Assembly (NCBI GenBank): GCA_902761825.1
Contig: CACWLY010000068.1
Coordinates: 1-18,632 of the forward strand
Length of the DNA: 18,632 nt
Origin: an uncultured Eubacteriales bacterium
GTDB lineage: Bacteria > Bacillota > Clostridia > Christensenellales > Aristaeellaceae
Direction: 5' to 3'
This document shows positions 8,801 to 15,893 of this stretch, piece after piece; positions within the stretch are counted from its first letter, which is position 1, and every line of letters begins with the position of its first letter. The notes beneath the pieces were generated by a model. That model worked only from the letters and a program-made list of their open reading frames with translations, was not told where the DNA came from and searched no databases. Made by a program: the position numbers and the translations under genes.

Positions 8801-10974
8801 TCGTACACGATGCCCACCCGGGCGGAGGGCGCGTCGGCGTTTGCCGGAGTAAAGGTCAGAAAACCGTCGCTCAGCGCGATGACGCCCGTGCTGCCCTTGA
8901 CCGTTCCGTCCTTGAGCAGCAGCTGCGCGATGCGAGCGTTCAGCTGCGGTCCGCCGGAACGCGCGAGGGCGTCCTTCCAGAGGGTGAACCGGCAGCCGTT
9001 TTTCCAGTCGGAGCAGCCGATGGCCTTGGCGTTTTCCTGCACGGGCTTTCCGCACAGCGGGCAGACCGCGCCCTCGATGGGTTTGACGGCGGAGGCGCGT
9101 TTCGCTCCGCCCCTGCCCCGGCGCATCTCCTCGGGAAAATCGACCTTCGGCGCGCTGTCCCGGGCAAACTCCACGAGGAAAGCGCTCATGCGGCGAATGC
9201 CCTGCATGAATCGCTCGGTGTCCCGGCCGTTCCGGGCGATCTCGTCCAGCGCCAGCTCCCATTTTCCGGTCATTTCGGGGGAGGCGATCTCCTCGGGCGC
9301 GACGTCGATCAGCTGCACGCCCTTGTCGGTGGCGCTGATCGCGCGTCCCCGGCGCTGGGCGTAGCCCACCTGCAGCAGCCGCTCGATGATCGCCGCGCGG
9401 GTGGCCGGGGTGCCCAGCCCCGCGCCCTTCATGGATTCGCGCAGGGCCTCGTCCTCGATCTCCCTTCCGGCGTGCTCCATGGCGCTGAGCAGGCTGGCGT
9501 CGGTATGCGGCGCGGGCGGCTTGGTGGCGCTTTGCTGCACGTCGGCCTTCTTCACGGCGCGTTCGTCCCCGGCGGCGAGCGGCGGCAGCGCGGCCGTCTC
9601 CTCTTCCTCGTCGGCGTTCTTTTTGCCCTTGGCCTTTTTGACGGGCTGCTCCTGCTGATACAGCGCCTTCCAGCCGATCACCTTCACGCTGCGCCCGGCC
9701 GAGCGGAAAGCCTCGCCCTCGCAGTCGGTGATCACCTTCAAAGCGTCGTATACGTGCGCGGGATAAAAGGCCGCCAGCATCCGCCGCACGACCATGTCGT
9801 AGAGGCTCCGCTCGTCGGGCGGCAGCTTATCCAGCGCCGCGGTCTTGGGCGTGGGCAGGAGCGCGTGGTGATCGGATACCTTGGCGTTGTCGAAAACGCG
9901 CTTGCTGATGTACAGCTTGCCGTCCTCCTTGCGCTCCATCCCTTCCTCGAGGCTGCGGTAGGGCTCGGGCAGCGCCTTCAGCGTCTGGTACAGCTTGGGG
10001 ATCATGTCCATGGGCAGGTAGCGGCTGTCGGTGCGCGGATAGGTGAGCAGCTTCCATTTTTCGTACAGCGCCTGCGCGATTTTCAGCGTTTTGTCGGCCG
10101 TAAAGCCCAGCGTGCGGTTGGCGTCCCTTTGCAGGCTGGTCAGGTCGTACAGCTGGGGCGGCAGCTCCTTTTTTTCCTCGCTGGTCGCGCTGCGCACCTT
10201 CGCGGGCTTTCCCTTCACCTTCGCCGCGATCCCGTCGGCTTTTTCCTTTACGGGAATGCGCGCGGCGGTCTTTTCCTCTTCGGCCTTTTCGTCGAACCAC
10301 TGGCCGCTGTAATCGCCGAAGTCCGCCGTGACGGTATAGTATTCGACGGGCTTGAAATCCTCTATTTCCCTGCGGCGCTTGACCAGAATGTTGAGCGTGG
10401 GCGTCTGCACGCGGCCGACGGACAGGAGCGCGTTATAGCGCAGCGTAAAGGCGCGGCTCGCGTTCATGCCCACCAGCCAGTCGGCCTCGCTGCGGCATAC
10501 GGCGCTTTTGCGCAGGCCCTCGTACTCGCTGTCGGGCCGGATCTGCTCGAAGCCCTCCCGGATGGCCTCGTCGGTCATGGAGGAGATCCAGAGCCGGTCG
10601 ACGGGTTTTGCGCATTTGGCCTGCCCGTAAATATAATGGAAGATCAGTTCGCCCTCGCGCCCGGCGTCGGTGGCGCAGATCACGCGCTCGGTGTCCTTGT
10701 CGTTGATCAGCTTTTTGATCACCGTAAACTGCTTTTTGGTCTTGCCGATCACCTTGGTGGGGATGACCTCCGGCAGGATGGGCAGATCGTCCATGCGCCA
10801 TTTCTTGTATTTTTCGTCGATCTCGTCGGGCTCGCACAGCGTGACCAGATGCCCCACGGCCCAGGTGACGGTATAGCGCTCGCCCGCGATGAAGCCCTCG
10901 CCGTTTTGCTTACAGCCAAGCACCCGAGCGATGTCGCGGCCCACGCTGGGCTTTTCGGCTACGATAACGATCAT
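8791..10974 (-). CDS. topB: DNA topoisomerase III (type IA, 727 aa) with C-terminal zinc-ribbon region
   Basis: Toprim N-terminus MIVIVAEKPSVGRDIARVLGC, DAGREGELIF, active-site LTYPRTDSRYL, and a C-terminal Cys cluster CPLCGKPV...GCSDWKNGCRF. ATG 10974 is preceded by GGGAGA and overlaps the GNAT stop (ATGA). The 771-aa track ORF has an unlikely N-terminal extension. Confidence 0.92.
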   Translation of the reverse strand: MIVIVAEKPSVGRDIARVLGCKQNGEGFIAGERYTVTWAVGHLVTLCEPDEIDEKYKKWRMDDLPILPEVIPTKVIGKTKKQFTVIKKLINDKDTERVICATDAGREGELIFHYIYGQAKCAKPVDRLWISSMTDEAIREGFEQIRPDSEYEGLRKSAVCRSEADWLVGMNASRAFTLRYNALLSVGRVQTPTLNILVKRRREIEDFKPVEYYTVTADFGDYSGQWFDEKAEEEKTAARIPVKEKADGIAAKVKGKPAKVRSATSEEKKELPPQLYDLTSLQRDANRTLGFTADKTLKIAQALYEKWKLLTYPRTDSRYLPMDMIPKLYQTLKALPEPYRSLEEGMERKEDGKLYISKRVFDNAKVSDHHALLPTPKTAALDKLPPDERSLYDMVVRRMLAAFYPAHVYDALKVITDCEGEAFRSAGRSVKVIGWKALYQQEQPVKKAKGKKNADEEEETAALPPLAAGDERAVKKADVQQSATKPPAPHTDASLLSAMEHAGREIEDEALRESMKGAGLGTPATRAAIIERLLQVGYAQRRGRAISATDKGVQLIDVAPEEIASPEMTGKWELALDEIARNGRDTERFMQGIRRMSAFLVEFARDSAPKVDFPEEMRRGRGGAKRASAVKPIEGAVCPLCGKPVQENAKAIGCSDWKNGCRFTLWKDALARSGGPQLNARIAQLLLKDGTVKGSTGVIALSDGFLTFTPANADAPSARVGIVYEKK

Positions 10975-11426
10975 GTCATTTCTCCCGTTTCCAAACTGTA
11001 TTCGACCTCGCGGAGCGTTTCCGACAGCTGATTCCATCTGCCCGTGCGCCGGAAGCCGCGCCGCTCGTACAGCCGGCGCGCGCCGTCGTTGTTGTCCAGG
11101 ATCCACAGGGTCGGCGTTCCGGGGCAGCGCCGCACGGCGTATTCCAGCAGCCGCGTCCCGTAGCCCCGGTTCTGATGCCGCGGAAGCACGTACAGATCCT
11201 CGATCAGGCTGCCGGTCAGCGAAACGATGCCCACGGGCGCGCCGTCGGTAAGCAGGAAAACTTCGGTCCCGCTCCGCATTTTGTCCAGCAGGTAGCGCTT
11301 CTGCCTCTCGGCCGTATGCGCGCGCACGAAGTCCTCCGCGCAGAACGCGCGGTGCGACTCCCGCCAGCTTTCCGCGTGGATCCGCGCGGCGGTTTCTATG
11401 TTGGTTTCGTTCACCGCTTCGATCAT
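10971..11426 (-). CDS. GNAT family N-acetyltransferase (151 aa)
   Basis: Acetyl-CoA binding motif A-like LYVLPRHQNRGYGTRLLEYA and the C-terminal segment ARRLYERRGF. Substrate cannot be inferred. Confidence 0.8.
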   Translation of the reverse strand: MIEAVNETNIETAARIHAESWRESHRAFCAEDFVRAHTAERQKRYLLDKMRSGTEVFLLTDGAPVGIVSLTGSLIEDLYVLPRHQNRGYGTRLLEYAVRRCPGTPTLWILDNNDGARRLYERRGFRRTGRWNQLSETLREVEYSLETGEMT

Positions 11427-11430
11427 TTGG

Positions 11431-12501
11431 TTATTCCAGCGCCTTGAGCTTTTCGGCCTGGTCCTCCACAGTCAGCGCGTCGATGATCTCGTCCAGATCG
11501 CCGTCCACGACGGCGTCGATTTTGTACAGCGTCAGCCCCACGCGATGGTCGGTCACGCGGCCCTGGGGAAAATTATAGGTGCGGATGCGCTCGTTGCGCT
11601 CGCCGGTGCCCACCTGCGCGCGGCGGTTTTCGGCATAGGCGCTGTCGGCCTGCGTGCGGTACAGATCGTACAGCCGGCTTGCCAGCACCTTCATGGCCTT
11701 TTCCTTGTTTTTCAGCTGGCTCTTTTCGTCCTGGCAGGTGACCACCAGGCCGCTGGGCATATGCGTGATGCGCACGGCGCTGTCCGTGCGGTTGATGTAC
11801 TGCCCGCCGTGGCCGCTGGCGCGGTAGGTGTCGATGCGGATATCCTCCTGCCTGATCTCCACCTCCACATCCTCGGCCTCGGGCAGCACGGCCACGGTGG
11901 CTGTGCTGGTGTGGATGCGCCCGCCCGCCTCGGTGACCGGCACGCGCTGGATGCGGTGCACGCCGCTTTCAAACTTGAGGCGGCTGAAGGCTCCGCGGCC
12001 CTGGATCGTGACCACGGCCTCCTTGACGCCGCCCAGCTCGGTGTCGCTCATGCTGGTGACGCTCGCCTGCCATCCCCGGCGCTCGGCGTAGCGCATATAC
12101 ATGCGCAGCAGCAGCGCCGCGAACAGGCCGGCTTCCTCGCCGCCCGCCCCGGCGCGCACTTCGAGGATCACGTTGCGCTGGTCGTTGGGATCCTGCGGGA
12201 TCAGAAACAGCCGGAGCTTTTCGGCCTCCTCTTTTTCGCGCTCGGTCAGCTCCTTTACCTCGGCCTTCGCCATATCGCCCATATCGGGATCGTCGCAGAG
12301 CTCCCGCGCCTCGGAAAGATGCGCGCACAGGCGCAGATAATCCTGCCATGCCGAAACCGCGGGCTCCAGCTGCGCGCGTTCCCGGCTCAGCTTCTGCCAG
12401 CGCGGCACGTCGGAAATGATCTCCGGCTGCGCCACCGCCTCGGAGAGCTCCTCCAGGCGGTTCTGCATCCATTCAAATTTTTCGCAATACTTTTCTTCCA
12501 T
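11431..12501 (-). CDS. prfA: Peptide chain release factor 1 (356 aa)
   Basis: RF1-type codon-recognition tripeptide PVT inside QRVPVTEAGGRIHTSTATVAVLPE, GGQ motif at residues 232-234, and length typical of RF1. There is no RF2-type SPF motif and no frameshift site. Confidence 0.92.
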   Translation of the reverse strand: MEEKYCEKFEWMQNRLEELSEAVAQPEIISDVPRWQKLSRERAQLEPAVSAWQDYLRLCAHLSEARELCDDPDMGDMAKAEVKELTEREKEEAEKLRLFLIPQDPNDQRNVILEVRAGAGGEEAGLFAALLLRMYMRYAERRGWQASVTSMSDTELGGVKEAVVTIQGRGAFSRLKFESGVHRIQRVPVTEAGGRIHTSTATVAVLPEAEDVEVEIRQEDIRIDTYRASGHGGQYINRTDSAVRITHMPSGLVVTCQDEKSQLKNKEKAMKVLASRLYDLYRTQADSAYAENRRAQVGTGERNERIRTYNFPQGRVTDHRVGLTLYKIDAVVDGDLDEIIDALTVEDQAEKLKALE

Positions 12502-12507
12502 GGGCCT

Positions 12508-14312
<1,805 letters not shown>

Positions 14313-14316
<4 letters not shown>

Positions 14317-15419
14317 TCTCGTTTCTCCTTGAATACCCATCCGCGCTGGACGCGGTAGTTGACGATATACATGGCGGTGTCGATTACGATTTTCAGCAGG
14401 AGGTGCAGGACGTTCGTATGCACGTAATGATCCAGGAAGCCGAAGAGCAGCGTGGTGACGACCAGGCAGATCACGGCCAGCGCGATATAGCGCCCGACCG
14501 CGCCCGGGCAGTTTTTGGCGCCGAACACGAACTTTTTGTTCATCAGGAAATTGACCGGCGCGGAGCACAGCCGGGCGATCGGCGTTGCGACAAGCGCCTT
14601 GAAGCTGAACGGAATGCCCAGCAGCGCGATGTCGGGCTTCTCCCTGAACACCCAGAACATCATCAGGCTCAGCACGGCGTAATCGATCAGGAAGGAAAGG
14701 ACGCTGGACGCGCTGTAACGGAAGAAGGAGCCCAGTAGCAGCTTATAAATGCGCCAGGAATCGCGCAGGGGATGGAAATGCGAGCTTTTGTTTTCCTCCA
14801 GATAGATCGTCTCGATCGGGATGACGGTAAACCGGTATTTGTTGACGGCGCAGAAGATCAGCATGTTCATTTCGTACTCGAACCGGTCGCCGGAAATGGA
14901 CAGCAGATCGCCGAAGCACGCGCGGTTCACGGCGCGCAGGCCGGTCTGGGTATCGGGCAGCCAGCGGCCGTACAGGGCGGCGAAGATCGCGCTGGTCAGC
15001 CGGTTGCCGAAGCGGGAGCGGCCGGGGATGTTCTTGTTGGCGCGGGAAAAATCCCGGCTGCCGAGCAGCAGCTCCTTTTCGTCCCCGGTCAGGCGTTCGG
15101 CCAGCTTCAGCGTATCGGCGGCGATATGCTGGCCGTCAGCGTCGGCGGTGATCACCCCGGCAAAATCGGTATGGTCGCGGATGTAGGCGACGCCGGTGCG
15201 CAGGGCCTGGCCCTTGCCGCGGTTGACCTCGTGGCGCAGCACCATGCAGCGCTCGCGGGAAGCGACGCTGCCGAAGACCGCGTCGTATTCGGGACCGCTG
15301 CCGTCGTTGACCACCAGGATCATCCCGAAGCCCGCGTCAAGCAGCGAATCGACATATATGGGAAGCCGCTCGTCAGGCTCCAGGGAGGGGATCAGCACGC
15401 AAATCTGTCTGGCGTTCAT
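14313..15419 (-). CDS. Family 2 glycosyltransferase fused to a C-terminal GtrA-like membrane domain (368 aa)
   Basis: The N-terminal GT2 fold shows [17 protein letters not shown] and ADADGQH (DxD). The C-terminal hydrophobic part carries two GtrA-type motifs, [11 protein letters not shown] and [10 protein letters not shown]. Its stop overlaps the lepA start (ATGA at 14313-14316). Confidence 0.85.
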
Positions 15420-15446
15420 AGCTTACCTGCCTTGCACGTGGTTCGC

Positions 15447-15483
15447 CGCGCCGTCCAAAAGCGCGGCGCGTTCTTATTATTTT
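15447..15483 (+). terminator. Orphan plus-strand intrinsic-terminator-like hairpin next to the glycosyltransferase start
   Basis: The 7-bp GC stem CGCGCCG (15447-15453) / CGGCGCG (15464-15470) is immediately followed by TTCTTATTATTTT. The nearest upstream plus-strand gene, gyrA, ends about 6.9 kb away. On the minus strand it would instead be a 5' UTR hairpin. Confidence 0.4.
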
Positions 15484-15545
15484 GTAACTGTTCTGTCATG
15501 AAAACAGAGAAGCGGGACGAAACGTACCTGCGGGGGTAGGGGGGT

Positions 15546-15738
15546 ATCAGGGGGCACTCCCCCTGATTGCGATCCGCACCGGCGGCGTGTACGCCGGGAG
15601 GACGGAAAATTTCAGAAGAGAGCGCAGTCGACCGGATGAAATTTTCTCTCCTTGCGGTTTTTCCGCCCGGGAGGCCCGAAGGGCCGAGAGGAAAAACCGG
15701 GCGGGGGGCACGCGGGGGGTATGCAATACCCGCCCGCG
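15546..15738. other. Hairpin-dense GC-rich structured intergenic segment (candidate sRNA or leader; strand unresolved)
   Basis: Five hairpins were read off the sequence. H1 is 15546-15567 (9 bp, ATCAGGGGG/CCCCCTGAT). H2 is 15579-15597 (CCGGCG/CGCCGG). H3 is 15604-15647 (10 bp, GAAAATTTCA/TGAAATTTTC, 22-nt loop). H4 is 15656-15698 (GGTTTTTCC/GGAAAAACC enclosing GGCCC-GAA-GGGCC), with an alternative pairing CCGCCCGG 15663-15670 / CCGGGCGG 15697-15704. H5 is 15711-15738 (12 bp with one bulge). Confidence 0.4.
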
Positions 15739-15788
15739 TATACCTGTTCAGTCTGTGACTGAACAGGTATATTATTTTATCATTATTT
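15739..15788 (+). terminator. Strong plus-strand intrinsic terminator with no annotated upstream plus-strand gene
   Basis: A perfect 15-bp stem TATACCTGTTCAGTC (15739-15753) / GACTGAACAGGTATA (15757-15771) with loop TGT is followed by TTATTTTATCATTATTT. The minus-strand reading has no U-tract after the stem. Confidence 0.6.
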
Positions 15789-15802
15789 GGGCGTTTTCAC
15801 AA
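15774..15802 (-). promoter_or_regulatory. Candidate minus-strand promoter (distal promoter for the GT2-lepA operon, giving a roughly 350-nt leader)
   Basis: Minus strand reads TTGTGA (15802-15797), a 17-nt spacer, then TAAAAT (15779-15774) with an extended -10 TGA. It overlaps the T-tract of the plus-strand terminator, so the match could be incidental. A weaker proximal alternative, TTTTCA-17-AATAAT, lies near 15475-15503. Confidence 0.35.
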
Positions 15803-15819
15803 GACCCGGGGCGTCCTGC

Positions 15820-15848
15820 TTGCCATTTTGATGAATGGCTGGTATAAT
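15820..15848 (+). promoter_or_regulatory. Candidate sigma-70-type promoter for the 912-aa beta-propeller protein gene
   Basis: TTGCCA (15820-15825), a 17-nt spacer, then TATAAT (15843-15848), about 45 nt upstream of the ATG 15894. GAGGAG RBS at 15879-15884. Confidence 0.6.
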
Positions 15849-15893
15849 AAATTGAAATACTGTTTTCAATTATGATCGAGGAGCTTTACCGGC

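Noticed and set aside
11431-12501. Possible programmed +1 frameshift as in prfB
   Set aside because: The protein is RF1-type (PVT tripeptide, no SPF motif) and is encoded in one uninterrupted frame.
15590-15704. Resemblance to guanidine-I (ykkC) riboswitch conserved strings (CCGGGAG, GGCCGAGAG), and loose similarity to ZTP, c-di-GMP and yybP motifs
   Set aside because: The order of the conserved blocks is wrong for ykkC and the other matches are only 6-9 nt. The downstream gene context does not fit either. A covariance-model search would be needed before naming any family.
15529-15720. Runs of G5-G6 (GGGGGTAGGGGGGTATCAGGGGG and GGGGGGCACGCGGGGGG) as possible G-quadruplexes
   Set aside because: Only two or three closely spaced G-runs occur per cluster, and they are already engaged in strong Watson-Crick hairpins with adjacent C-runs.
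15567-15847. Small ORFs (63 and 86 aa, plus a 13-aa MKTEKRDETYLRG) inside the structured intergenic region
   Set aside because: None has a convincing RBS. The translations are Arg/Gly-rich and simply reflect GC-rich hairpin DNA.
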